From: Methanobacterium sp. | GTDB lineage: Archaea > Methanobacteriota > Methanobacteria > Methanobacteriales > Methanobacteriaceae | DNA length: 37,784 bases | Reading direction: 5' to 3' | Assembly: GCA_003166335.1 (NCBI GenBank) | Contig: PMWA01000103.1 | Coordinates: 1 to 37,784 of the forward strand | In this document: one piece after another, positions 9,710 through 20,153 of the stretch | Numbering within the stretch: the stretch's first letter is position 1 | Layout: every line of letters begins with the position of its first letter | Translations under genes and position numbers: made by a program | The notes under the pieces: generated by a model | What the model was told of the DNA's origin: nothing | What the model saw: only the letters and a program-made list of their open reading frames with translations | Databases searched by the model: none

Positions 9710-9831
9710 TTTAGGTATTTCCTCCATTAAATTTTTTTATTTAAATTTAATTGAAATAATGTTATGTAATGTAAGGTGTGCTTTACCTTTAAAAATAGTT
9801 TTTCCAGATTTACACCCAAATTAGTACCACA

Positions 9832-10218
9832 TTACTTCCAAGTAATGAAGAGGAGGATAGCTAACGCCAAAAATTCGGTTATATTCAGTACAAATAACGG
9901 TAAACCAAGTACTGCAACGCGAAAAGCTTGATGGAATAATAAAAAGCTGCTGAATAATATGTTTTGCAGTAAAAGTAGTGCAGCAAACATTATTAAGCCT
10001 AAAGTGAAATTTGACTTTATTTTTTTATAATTCCCCCAATAAACATAGAGTAATAATAATAATAATACAATATTGCCCAAGGATACTAAAGTATCTACGT
10101 ATAAAAGGGGTTGAAATATATATGAATGCGGAAATAAAGGTGCATTGGATCCATTCCTAACTATTATTCCATTAGATACTGTTGTTCCATTCCTAACTAT
10201 AAATTCATGTGCTACCAT
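9832..10218 (-). CDS. Small three-TM archaeal membrane protein typically paired with an ArsR-type HTH
   Basis: NIVLLLLLLYVYWGNY..KSNFTLGLIMFA..QN pattern; AGGGG RBS. Confidence 0.7.
   Translation of the reverse strand: MVAHEFIVRNGTTVSNGIIVRNGSNAPLFPHSYIFQPLLYVDTLVSLGNIVLLLLLLYVYWGNYKKIKSNFTLGLIMFAALLLLQNILFSSFLLFHQAFRVAVLGLPLFVLNITEFLALAILLFITWK
10150..10200. repeat. 15-bp direct repeat (tccattcctaactat), 36-nt period, encoding IVRNG twice
   Basis: Copies at 10150-10164 and 10186-10200. Confidence 0.8.
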
Positions 10219-10305
10219 TATAATCCCCTTATATTCTTATTATTATATAAACTAATGATTTATAATATTATTTTTCATGTTTTATTTTATCCAAGAATTC
10301 TTTAA

Positions 10306-10584
10306 TTAATCCTTAATACTATTCCAAATTTCTTCAAATACATCTAAATTATTCTCCATATCACTAGAAAGGAAATATAATGTTCCATATTTATCTCCGG
10401 AGGATACGATTATATTATTATCCTCCAGTACTTTAATATGATGTCTAACCGTCTTATAATCTAAATTTAACTTTTCAGCAATTTGATTTGCATTATAAGG
10501 TCTTTCCTGGAGACATTTAATTATCCTGGCACGATTAACCCCACCTTTAGTACCGGCAATTAAATACCAGAGTAACCTGTTCAT
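10306..10584 (-). CDS. Archaeal ArsR-like winged-helix regulator
   Basis: LLWYLIAGTKGGVNRARII, PYNANQIA..LDYKTVRHH, YG; AGGAG RBS. Confidence 0.88.
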   Translation of the reverse strand: MNRLLWYLIAGTKGGVNRARIIKCLQERPYNANQIAEKLNLDYKTVRHHIKVLEDNNIIVSSGDKYGTLYFLSSDMENNLDVFEEIWNSIKD

Positions 10585-11381
10585 TTAATATCTCCTAATA
10601 CTCCTGTAAACATTAAAACTTCTTTTTTTATATATAATAAATCTTTAAATTAAACTTCTGGAATACGTTGACTAAAAATCTTAAAAAAAAATATTTTATT
10701 TAGAAGATTTATAAAATCCGTATTTATAAAGCTATATTTCTATTTTCATAGTATATATCAATTTTAATTCATTTTAATTAGAAGGTTCTTAATTGTAAAA
10801 TGTACGAAGTTATTTGATATAGATATTATCAAATTTTTTTCAATAATAACTCAAAGAATACTTGATAAGATAAAGAAATAGAAAACAAAGACCCTTAATT
10901 GCTGCTTCACCTTAAATAAACTTAGTAATAATTAGAAAGAAATTAAATATTCGATCAATGGATTTTCGTAACATTTTATTTAAATTTGAATTTGCAAATA
11001 TTTGTATTTAGCTTTTCCAAATTATTTTTTAAAATTTTTTATCATTCTTTTTATTTTAATGATTATAATCTTACAATGTCATAATTGAGATTTTTGGATA
11101 ATACATTAATTATATTATAAGTCTGAAGAAATTAAGGATATAATAGAGAATTTTTAAATAATGAAAACAAGATTTAGTTCAAAAATCAGGAATTATGTCA
11201 TTGCTTTGTAAATGAAGGAACTAAATTCATCAACAACAGTACGACTTTTTTGTAGATTATAAATTCAAATTTATAAAACCTATAACTAAAGTAATAGATA
11301 ATTAAAGATTACTCAATAAATTTAAAATATTATTATGTTTTGGAATTTTGAATCATATATAATTACATTAAGAGGAGACTA

Positions 11382-12683
11382 ATGAAAAAGGAAAACTACA
11401 AAATTGCATTATTTGGTTTAGGGCACATAGGGCTTCCTACAGCTTCATTATTTGCAAAGAATGGTTTTAAAGTATTAGGAGTAGATGTAAACTCAGAAAA
11501 TGTGAATTTAGTAAACTCTGGTATTTCACCGATTATGGAACCTGGTTTAAATGATTTGGTTAATGAAGTGGTAACTGAAAAGCTCTTATCAGCAACTAAT
11601 GATGGCGTAGATGCAGCTAAGAAATCTGATGTCATGATTGTAGTAGTACCGACCCCGCTGGATCAAAATAACTGTTGTGATTTAGGGGCTGTAATTTCAG
11701 CATGTGAAAATATTTCTCAGGGATTGAATAAGGGGGATCTAGTAATAATTGAAAGTACAGTTTCACCCCATACTTGTGAAAGAACAGTGATCCCTATATT
11801 AGAGAAAAGTGGACTCAAAGCTTCAACAGATTTTGGATTAGCATACACACCAGAAAGAGCATTGCCCAATAACACTCTATTTGAAATGACTCATAATGCT
11901 AGAGTTATTGGGGGAATAGATGAACATAGTTCAAAAAAGGCAGCTCTTATATACGAAAAAATTACTCAAGGGAAAATTATCATTGTTAAAGATATGAACA
12001 CTGCAGAAATGGTTAAGCTAATGGAAAACACTTATAGGGACACTAACATCGCCTTAGCCAATGAACTGGCCATGATATGTGAAGCACTGGATATAGATGC
12101 CATTGAAGCTATAAAAGCTGCTAATTTTCATCCTAGGGTAAATATACACACCCCCGGACCTGGTGTTGGAGGGCACTGCCTTTCAATTGATCCCTATTTC
12201 ATAGTAGAAATGGCTGAAATGGAGGGAATCCCAGCCCGCCTTATTAAAACAGCTAGAAATGTAAACGAATATATGCCACATCATGTAGCACTAATGGTGG
12301 AAAATGCCCTAAAGGAGCTGGGAAAGTCCGTATCAAATGCAAAAATCAGCTTATTAGGTGTTGCCTATAAGGCAAATGTAGCCGATGCCAGGGAAACCCC
12401 AGTAGAACCATTAATAAACGATTTAACTTCCCAAGGCGCTGAGGTCATTGCCCATGATCCTTATGTAAATCCTAATATAATTATGTCTAAAGGAGCTAAA
12501 CCAGTGGAATTGGAAGAAGCACTTAATTGTGACTGCGTGATATTGATGACAGATCATGACCAGTATCGAAAACTAACTCCCGATTTGATAAAGAGTCCGA
12601 TTTTCATATGCACTCGACCTATTCTCAATCCAAAAGAATTTACAAATAAAGGATTCATCTTCAAATGCGTTGGCAGGCCATGA
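11382..12683 (+). CDS. wecC: Nucleotide-sugar dehydrogenase, UDP-N-acetyl-D-mannosamine dehydrogenase type
   Basis: GLGHIG Rossmann motif, [26 protein letters not shown] catalytic Cys, GVAYK..D.RETP. Confidence 0.85.
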   Translation: MKKENYKIALFGLGHIGLPTASLFAKNGFKVLGVDVNSENVNLVNSGISPIMEPGLNDLVNEVVTEKLLSATNDGVDAAKKSDVMIVVVPTPLDQNNCCDLGAVISACENISQGLNKGDLVIIESTVSPHTCERTVIPILEKSGLKASTDFGLAYTPERALPNNTLFEMTHNARVIGGIDEHSSKKAALIYEKITQGKIIIVKDMNTAEMVKLMENTYRDTNIALANELAMICEALDIDAIEAIKAANFHPRVNIHTPGPGVGGHCLSIDPYFIVEMAEMEGIPARLIKTARNVNEYMPHHVALMVENALKELGKSVSNAKISLLGVAYKANVADARETPVEPLINDLTSQGAEVIAHDPYVNPNIIMSKGAKPVELEEALNCDCVILMTDHDQYRKLTPDLIKSPIFICTRPILNPKEFTNKGFIFKCVGRP

Positions 12684-13085
12684 AAAAAATTTTTTCTGAT
12701 TTACGGAGTAATATTTATATCTGCCTTTTTTTATCTAGAAAAATCAATTAAATTTTTAATAATAGCAGTTCTTAAATTTAAATCTCAAAGATAGAATAGT
12801 ATTTAAATTTTTATTAGAATCCATTAAAATTAATACCTATCAAATTTTTTGAACATGATTTGTTATTTCTTTCTTTAGATCTATTTTTTTAATACTTATA
12901 TTAAATATAATAAGATTACTCTTAAATGTTTCATAATTTAGACAAATATGGCAAATATTTATTATTAATTACCATCTATAATTATCTATATGACCATTTA
13001 CCCATCGAAAAACTCTATTTCAAATTTTATAAAGATATATTAACGGGTTTTTAAATAATATTAAAAATAATTTAAATAATCAAAC

Positions 13086-13991
13086 ATGGAAAAAATTACG
13101 ATGACTACGGATTTATCAATTATAATAATTAATTATCGTACCTATGAATTCACCAAACAAACCATAGAATCCGTAATCAACAAAAAATATTCCTTCAATT
13201 ATGAATTAATCATAGTGGATAATGATTCTGGTGATAATAGTCTAAAAAACTTAAAAAAACACTTTCATAATGAAATAGATGAAGGTTTAATCAAATTAAT
13301 TGCTAACACTGAAAATAAGGGATTTGCATATGCTAACAATTTAGCATTAAAACAAACAAATTCTAAATACCTACTATTACTTAATTCTGACACCATAATT
13401 ATCAATGATTGTCTTGAAAAATGTTTAAAATTCATGGATACTGATAAGAATATTGGAGCGTTAGGATGTAAAGTAATGTTACCTGACGGATCATTGGATA
13501 AAGCCTGCCGCAGAAGTTATCCTAATTTAAAGGTTTCATTCTATCGGATGAGTGGTTTATCACAAATCTTCCCCCAAAATAAACATTTGAATAAATATAA
13601 CCTCACATACCTAGATGAAAATGGAACATATAATGTTGATTGTTTATCAGGCGCTTTCATGCTCATCAGAAATGAAGTTATTGACCTGGTAGGTCTCTTA
13701 GATGAAACATTTTTCATGTACGGTGAAGATATTGACTATTGCTACCGCATTAAAGAAAATGGATTGAAAATAAAGTATTATGGTGAAGCAGAAATAATTC
13801 ATTACAAAGGCGCTAGCAGTCAAAAACAGAAATCCAAACTATTATACGAATTTTATAATTCAATGCAGATTTTTTATAATAAACATTACCAAGATAAATA
13901 TCCATGGATCATAACCGTCGTTACATACACTGGAATATGGACTATGTACGGTTTAAAACTGTTCATAAATCAGATCAAACCAACTAAATAA
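13086..13991 (+). CDS. GT2 glycosyltransferase (WbbL/rhamnosyltransferase-like)
   Basis: [40 protein letters not shown]. Confidence 0.85.
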   Translation: MEKITMTTDLSIIIINYRTYEFTKQTIESVINKKYSFNYELIIVDNDSGDNSLKNLKKHFHNEIDEGLIKLIANTENKGFAYANNLALKQTNSKYLLLLNSDTIIINDCLEKCLKFMDTDKNIGALGCKVMLPDGSLDKACRRSYPNLKVSFYRMSGLSQIFPQNKHLNKYNLTYLDENGTYNVDCLSGAFMLIRNEVIDLVGLLDETFFMYGEDIDYCYRIKENGLKIKYYGEAEIIHYKGASSQKQKSKLLYEFYNSMQIFYNKHYQDKYPWIITVVTYTGIWTMYGLKLFINQIKPTK

Positions 13992-14088
13992 TTTTAATCA
14001 AAAAAAATTAGTATATATTAAATAGAATAAAGTTAATACTTCACTATAATAATCTTGAATAAAAACGATCATGGGTTGGTGACTTAAA

Positions 14089-15537
14089 CTGATAAGGGAA
14101 AATCAAAAATACTTTAACACGATACTAATAGTGATTGACTTAACCATAATCACATTAGCATTAACCTTAGCCTGGATCATCCGTTTTGAAACTACATTAT
14201 TTGGTATAGGTCACGGTAATTGGGGATTCATCCATTACATGGAACCCCTTATAATCATATTACCACTATATTTAATACTTTACTATAGTTTTGGTTTATA
14301 TCAACCTCAAAGAACTAGAAGCATTAAATCAGAAGTTACTAACATAATCAAAGCAAATAGTGTAGGATTATTAGTGCTTATAAGTATACTATTCATTTTA
14401 CATTTAACTGATTATTCAAGATACATGCTAGCTCTGTTCATAACCTTCAGCATAACCTTCGCAATCACTGAAAGATTAACCATTAAACAATCACTAAGAT
14501 TAATGCGCACTATGGGTTACAATATTAAACATATACTAATAATTGGAGCAGGACCACTCGGGAAAAAATTCGCTAAAAGAATAGAAGAAAACCCATACGT
14601 AGGATATAAAATAATCGGATTTTTAGACGACCAAATTGAAATAAATCAAAAAATAGCGGATTCAAAGGTAATAGGAAAAATTAACGATTTAGAAGATTTA
14701 ATTTTAAAAAATCCAATTGATAATATATTTATAGCATTATCAGCGCAGCAGCATAATATTTTAGATATTATAGATACCTGCGAAAAACATGGTGTGAAAG
14801 CGAAAATAATACCAGATTTCTCCACTTACTTCCCTTCAAAAAATTATGAAGATTTAATCAATAATATAGCCTTAATTTTACCATCACAACCTTATCTAAA
14901 CATGATTGATGACATACCTATTGTAGATGTGAGATACGTACCTTTAGATAACACATTTAAAAAAACACAAAAAAGAATCTTCGATTTTACTTTAGCAACA
15001 CTAGCCATAATATTCTTATCTCCTATAATGATTTTCACCGCAATCATGGTAAAAATAACATCACCCGGTCCGATTATTTTTAAACAAGAACGTCTAGGGT
15101 ACAATAAACAAAAATTTATGATGTACAAATTCCGCAGCATGAAAGTATTAGACAAAGAAATTGAAGATACACAATGGACTAATAAAAATGATCCACGCAG
15201 AACTAAATTTGGTTCATTCATAAGAAAAACCAGTATTGATGAATTTCCACAGTTTTTCAACGTGTTCAAAGGTGAAATGAGTTTAATAGGACCCAGACCA
15301 GAACGCCCCATCTTTGTGGAGAAATTCCGAAAGGAAATTCCACAATACATGATAAAACATTACGTACGCCCTGGAATGAGTGGTTGGGCTCAAGTAAACG
15401 GTTGGAGAGGTAATACTTCCATCAAAAAACGGGTGGAATATGATATTTATTACGTGGAAAACTGGACTATGTACCTCGATATAAAAATATTTATCATGAC
15501 CTTCATTAATGGATTCACTAATAAAAACGCTTATTGA
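14089..15537 (+). CDS. wcaJ: Polyprenyl-phosphate glucose phosphotransferase (WcaJ/WsaP-like initiating transferase); probable CTG start at 14089
   Basis: Four N-terminal TMs, GAG Rossmann-like domain, KRIFD, KFRSM, DEFPQFFNV..G.MS.IGPRP, RPGMSGWAQV; in-frame extension IRENQKYFN lies behind a GGTGA RBS. Confidence 0.85.
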   Translation: MIRENQKYFNTILIVIDLTIITLALTLAWIIRFETTLFGIGHGNWGFIHYMEPLIIILPLYLILYYSFGLYQPQRTRSIKSEVTNIIKANSVGLLVLISILFILHLTDYSRYMLALFITFSITFAITERLTIKQSLRLMRTMGYNIKHILIIGAGPLGKKFAKRIEENPYVGYKIIGFLDDQIEINQKIADSKVIGKINDLEDLILKNPIDNIFIALSAQQHNILDIIDTCEKHGVKAKIIPDFSTYFPSKNYEDLINNIALILPSQPYLNMIDDIPIVDVRYVPLDNTFKKTQKRIFDFTLATLAIIFLSPIMIFTAIMVKITSPGPIIFKQERLGYNKQKFMMYKFRSMKVLDKEIEDTQWTNKNDPRRTKFGSFIRKTSIDEFPQFFNVFKGEMSLIGPRPERPIFVEKFRKEIPQYMIKHYVRPGMSGWAQVNGWRGNTSIKKRVEYDIYYVENWTMYLDIKIFIMTFINGFTNKNAY

Positions 15538-15575
15538 AATATATTTTCTGATAAATAAATCGAATTCACCCTTTT

Positions 15576-16523
15576 TTAATAATAAATCAGTTTAAATGTA
15601 TTCCTTATAAGAAACCATTCAATTATAAAATAATTAACTAAATTATTTTTATCATATTTTAACTTCTCTATTTTATCTAAAGAATTAAAACCTTCCTTTA
15701 ATCCATCAAGATAAAACTTACCCTGACCCCTTTTCAGGAAAAACAGGTATTTAATAAAATAACCCAGAAACAGGAATATAATATTTACTAAAAATTGAGG
15801 CCTAGGCATATTTTTATAAGGTACATAAACATTATTCCGAGCGGCCAACTTTATTTTAAATTCATTATATTTATTACCACTTGTTTCACTAACTCGATGA
15901 TAAACAACCGCATCAGGACAATATATACACTTGTAACCATAAATCCGAGCCCGGTAGCTGATATCAACATCTTCCATATAAGCAAAAAAGTTTTCATCAA
16001 AATAACTTATACTATCAAAAACACTTCTCCTATAAAGCGCTGCCCCTGCACAAGCACTAAAAATATCTCTTTTATCCGTATAGAGTTTAGAAGATTTACC
16101 ATCCCCCACTTTCTTAGTCCAACCCAATAAAGTGTACTCATCTCCCGCATCATCCAATTTACTTCTATCATGATATTGAACCATCTTAGAAGCAACGGCA
16201 AAGATGTGATCATCATTCATGATGCATTTTAATAAGTTAGAAATACAATCAGGTTCTAATACTACATCATTGTTTAAAAGAAAAACATATTTCGTAGTTG
16301 CTGCCTTTATTCCCTGATTAACCGCAACTGAAAAACCTAAATTATCCCGATTCTCTATCAAAGTAAATTCAGGATAATTCTCCCTAATAAACTTTAAACT
16401 TCCATCATCAGACCCATTATCTATAATAATAACCTTAAAAGAACAATTTTGATCACGAAGCGACTCAAAACATTCATTAAGAAAATTCAAACCATTGTAG
16501 TTAGGTATGATGATAGATATCAT
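15576..16523 (-). CDS. GT2 glycosyltransferase
   Basis: MISIIIPNYNG (likely true start, avoiding overlap with the epimerase), IDNGSDD, LLNND, ACAGAALY, FFAYMEDVD. Confidence 0.85.
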   Translation of the reverse strand: MISIIIPNYNGLNFLNECFESLRDQNCSFKVIIIDNGSDDGSLKFIRENYPEFTLIENRDNLGFSVAVNQGIKAATTKYVFLLNNDVVLEPDCISNLLKCIMNDDHIFAVASKMVQYHDRSKLDDAGDEYTLLGWTKKVGDGKSSKLYTDKRDIFSACAGAALYRRSVFDSISYFDENFFAYMEDVDISYRARIYGYKCIYCPDAVVYHRVSETSGNKYNEFKIKLAARNNVYVPYKNMPRPQFLVNIIFLFLGYFIKYLFFLKRGQGKFYLDGLKEGFNSLDKIEKLKYDKNNLVNYFIIEWFLIRNTFKLIYY

Positions 16524-16578
16524 TATCGATTCCAAAAATTTTTTTTTAAACTTTTTCCTTTTATTATAATGATATTTT

Positions 16579-17511
16579 TTAACTTTTGTATTCATATTTA
16601 TACCAGTAAATATATTCCCGCAAACCACTTTTAATATCAAATTTCGGATACCAATTTAACAACTGTTTTATTTTAGATAAATCAGCCCACGTATCCTTTG
16701 CATCACCCTTTACTTTTTCTGAATAGTTAATTATAGCTTTTTCTCCCGTAATTGTTTCAATCTCTTTAACCAAGTTATTAATGCTAATCGTACTACCACC
16801 TCCAACATTAAACACTTCTCCTGTAAAATTCATATTAGCAGACACTATAATAGCATTAACTACATCATCAATATAAGTAAAATCTCTTTTTTGTTCTCCG
16901 TTTCCATAAATCAACATCTCATTTCCATTTATGATTGATTTAACAATTTTATAAATCACCATGTCAGGGCGCTGTCTTGGACCATAAACGCTGAAATAAC
17001 GTAAAGATATAATAGGAAGATTATAATTTTTCCAATATAAGTAACATAAATTTTCGGCATCTAACTTTGTTACACCATATGGAGAAATAGGTTTTAAAAT
17101 GCTATTTTCATTCATTGGAAGTTTTGAATCCCCATATACTGAAGAAGAAGAAGAATATACGAATTTTTTAATTTTAAAATCTTTATAGAATTCTAATAGT
17201 CTTTGAGTTACTTCAACATTATCTTTTACATAAGAGTGGAAATTTTTACCCCATGAATCCCTTACACCAGCTTGAGCAGCTAAATGAAAAACAAAATCTA
17301 CTTCAGGAAAATTTTTTATTTTTAAGATATCCTTTTCAATAAAATAAAAATTTTTATTTCGAAGAGCATTCCTTATATTCGATTTTTTCATTTCCTTAGA
17401 ATAGTAAGTAGTTAATGAATCAATTCCTATTACTTGGAACTTATCTTTAAGTAGTTGATCTGTTAAATTACTCCCTATAAAACCTGCACAACCTGTAACC
17501 AAAGCTTTCAT
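16579..17511 (-). CDS. NAD-dependent nucleotide-sugar epimerase/dehydratase (UDP-glucuronate 4-epimerase-like SDR)
   Basis: MKALVTGCAGFIGS, HLAAQAGVR, SSSSVYG, YGVTK, YGPRQRPDM, RDFTY. Confidence 0.88.
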   Translation of the reverse strand: MKALVTGCAGFIGSNLTDQLLKDKFQVIGIDSLTTYYSKEMKKSNIRNALRNKNFYFIEKDILKIKNFPEVDFVFHLAAQAGVRDSWGKNFHSYVKDNVEVTQRLLEFYKDFKIKKFVYSSSSSVYGDSKLPMNENSILKPISPYGVTKLDAENLCYLYWKNYNLPIISLRYFSVYGPRQRPDMVIYKIVKSIINGNEMLIYGNGEQKRDFTYIDDVVNAIIVSANMNFTGEVFNVGGGSTISINNLVKEIETITGEKAIINYSEKVKGDAKDTWADLSKIKQLLNWYPKFDIKSGLREYIYWYKYEYKS

Positions 17512-17706
17512 AATAACTATTCTTCCATTATACCATTTCAATATTATGATTCCAAATTTAATTTAAATAAAAAAGATTAATAATGAAAAGATATACAAAA
17601 CATCGAATTAACAAAATTTTAATAATTAATTTTCTAGAGTTTAAGATAAAATGAAATATTTATATAAAATTCAATTTACATAATTTCATTCATATAAGAG
17701 GTTTTT

Positions 17707-18846
17707 ATGAATAACAACAAAAAAATATTCTCCATAAGCATGGTAAAAAATGAAATGGATGTAATTGAATCTTTCATTCGATATCATATTAATATTTTTG
17801 ATGGAATGATTATTTTAGATAATGGTAGCACAGATAATACTCTTAAAATTTTAAGTTTTCTTAAAAATGAAGGATTACCTATATATATTTTTGAAGATGA
17901 TAATAGAGAGTATAATCAAGCAATTAAGATGAATTACTTATTATTAAAGGCTATTAATGAATTCAAAGCAGATATTATTGTCCCGTTAGATGCTGATGAG
18001 TTTCTCACATCCTCAAACAGTGGAAATCCTCGGAAAATGTTGGAAGAAATGAAACCTTCCACGTTCTATATGGTTAAATGGAAAACATATATCCCTGATT
18101 TCGATAAAAATAAAAATGAAAAATTTATACCCGCCAAAATAACTTTTGCTAGAGAGAATAAGTTAGATAAACATTACAAAGTCATCATCCCCCAGGAGCT
18201 TGTAAAAAATTATGATGCTAAACTGATTAAGGGAAATCATGATATAATTTATGATAAAAAGTATAAAGAATTGATAAAAAAGTTTTTTATTACCGAATTG
18301 AATTTAGCACATTTTCCTGTACGTTCCAAAGAGCAATTCATATCTAAAATTTCATTATCATGGTTAAATTCGTTATGTGATATTAATAGGGCAGAAAACC
18401 AAAGTTGGCATTTAAAAAAAATGTTTAATAATTTAAAAAAGAATAAAAAAATCGAAAATAAGGATGTGATAAATTATGCTAAGACATACGCTTTAAAAAC
18501 CGAAGAAAAAGGAATTACAGTAGAAAATGACCCTATTAATTTATCATTTTGTAAAAATATTGAAATAAAATATACTATTGATAAAATAAACCCTATGATA
18601 AATTTATTAGAGGCTTATGAATGGTTGTCTTTGAGTAACCTAAATTTAAAGAAAGAAAAACTGAAAGAAGAAAAACAGTATACGGACTTAAAAGAAAAAA
18701 AAATAGAAACAGAAAGACAACTCCGAAGAAAAATAGAAGAATATGAAAATAGCACTTCTTGGATTATTACTTCACCCCTACGCAAATGTAGTAGTACTTT
18801 CAAAAAATATTATAAAACTTTAACTGAGAAAATTAATGAAAAATAA
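17707..18846 (+). CDS. GT2-like (Glyco_tranf_2_4 type) glycosyltransferase with C-terminal coiled coil
   Basis: SMVKNE, LDNGSTD, PLDADEF, GNH, HFPVRS; charged heptads then NSTSWIITSPLRK; GAGGT RBS. Confidence 0.8.
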   Translation: MNNNKKIFSISMVKNEMDVIESFIRYHINIFDGMIILDNGSTDNTLKILSFLKNEGLPIYIFEDDNREYNQAIKMNYLLLKAINEFKADIIVPLDADEFLTSSNSGNPRKMLEEMKPSTFYMVKWKTYIPDFDKNKNEKFIPAKITFARENKLDKHYKVIIPQELVKNYDAKLIKGNHDIIYDKKYKELIKKFFITELNLAHFPVRSKEQFISKISLSWLNSLCDINRAENQSWHLKKMFNNLKKNKKIENKDVINYAKTYALKTEEKGITVENDPINLSFCKNIEIKYTIDKINPMINLLEAYEWLSLSNLNLKKEKLKEEKQYTDLKEKKIETERQLRRKIEEYENSTSWIITSPLRKCSSTFKKYYKTLTEKINEK

Positions 18847-18896
18847 ATTATTTTATTATTAATTACAAAGAATTTGATCTTAATCCATTTATTTTT

Positions 18897-20153
18897 TTAA
18901 TAATCACTTAATTTACTGATAGAATATAATCCCACGCTAACTATGAATAATACTACGGTTAAAATAACTGCCAACAATACTTCATGAAAAACAGCATCCC
19001 ATCCCCCCCCGAATGTTAGTATTGTTTGAAGAGCATCAAAAACATGAGTCCAAGGCAATAAATCAAATATTTGAAAATGAAGACTTCCAATCTTAAAAAC
19101 ATTTTGAGGTAACTGTAATACTGCCAAGACAGTGATTGGAATGATAAAGATTATCCCCAAACTAAATGCCTGTCTAACATTCCTTGTTAAAGCCGCTATA
19201 ATAAATCCTAGAGATATTGAAGCGATACCCCCCACAATTCCAACTAATAAAACTAGAAGAATAGAACTTATACCACCCTGCCAGTGCAAACCAATAGCCA
19301 TAGCCGCCGCCAAAAGGAGTAATACTTGAATCACCACCACCAAAGTCCAAGGGATAACACCACCAAATAGTAAGTCAAATACTCGTATTCCTGATAATTT
19401 AAGTCTAGCCAATGAACCTCCTTCTTCTTCCCTAGTAAAACCTATAGCCACCATAATAGCAAGAAGGAGCATAGAAAATATTATTATACCCGGAGTTATA
19501 AAATAAGAGGTGGTAAAGTTTTGGGCACTGCCCGATGACTCCACTAAACTATTCACATAATCATTCGGCTCTGCAATGGAATTACCCAAAGTATCTGTCT
19601 GAGTCTGAGTCACTACTTGATCCTGGTAAGCATTAATTACTCCTGTTAAAATACTTTGTGTGATTCCAAAATCATCATATTGAGTATTACCTCGAATTGT
19701 AAGTGTGGATGTAGCATTTGGTGTGGTAGCAGAAGAACTTGGATCTGTAATGGATTTAGCAGTGTTTTCAGTCATAGCAACCATAGCATCTGAAAAGTTT
19801 TCAGGTATAATCAACTCTGCATCTATTTTTCCTTCATCCAAAAGCTGATTAGCACTACTTTCATTAGTCGTGGTGACGTTAAACAAGTGTACATTACTAT
19901 CTTGATATTTAACATTCTTTAAATTCTGTGTAAGAGTGTTTCCATAATTTACGTTACTTCCGTTAGTTAAGATTGATCCTTGATCATAATTTATAATTGC
20001 GAGATCATGTGGATGAAAACCCTGCAACCCTGCCCCCACAAATAATCCAATTACTATCAATAAAATAATAGGGAAAATCAAAATAAAGGTTAATCCTTTT
20101 TTATCTCGCATTATCTCTTTTAAATCTTTCACAGCAATACTTAAAAACCTCAT
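18897..20153 (-). CDS. ABC-2 type (multidrug-exporter class) permease with large extracellular loop
   Basis: TM1, then AIINYD extracellular domain, PGII, TREEEGGSLARL, LPWTH, further TMs; ATGA overlap with the upstream ATPase. Confidence 0.85.
   Translation of the reverse strand: MRFLSIAVKDLKEIMRDKKGLTFILIFPIILLIVIGLFVGAGLQGFHPHDLAIINYDQGSILTNGSNVNYGNTLTQNLKNVKYQDSNVHLFNVTTTNESSANQLLDEGKIDAELIIPENFSDAMVAMTENTAKSITDPSSSATTPNATSTLTIRGNTQYDDFGITQSILTGVINAYQDQVVTQTQTDTLGNSIAEPNDYVNSLVESSGSAQNFTTSYFITPGIIIFSMLLLAIMVAIGFTREEEGGSLARLKLSGIRVFDLLFGGVIPWTLVVVIQVLLLLAAAMAIGLHWQGGISSILLVLLVGIVGGIASISLGFIIAALTRNVRQAFSLGIIFIIPITVLAVLQLPQNVFKIGSLHFQIFDLLPWTHVFDALQTILTFGGGWDAVFHEVLLAVILTVVLFIVSVGLYSISKLSDY

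Noticed and set aside
14071..14091. Selenocysteine or readthrough at the in-frame TGA before wcaJ
   Set aside because: The TGA is part of a GGTGA RBS, the position is non-catalytic and no SECIS is evident; CTG initiation is simpler
16524..16640. Long N-terminal extension of the GT2 ORF given in the track
   Set aside because: It overlaps the epimerase 3' end; the GT2 fold begins at MISIIIP (16523)
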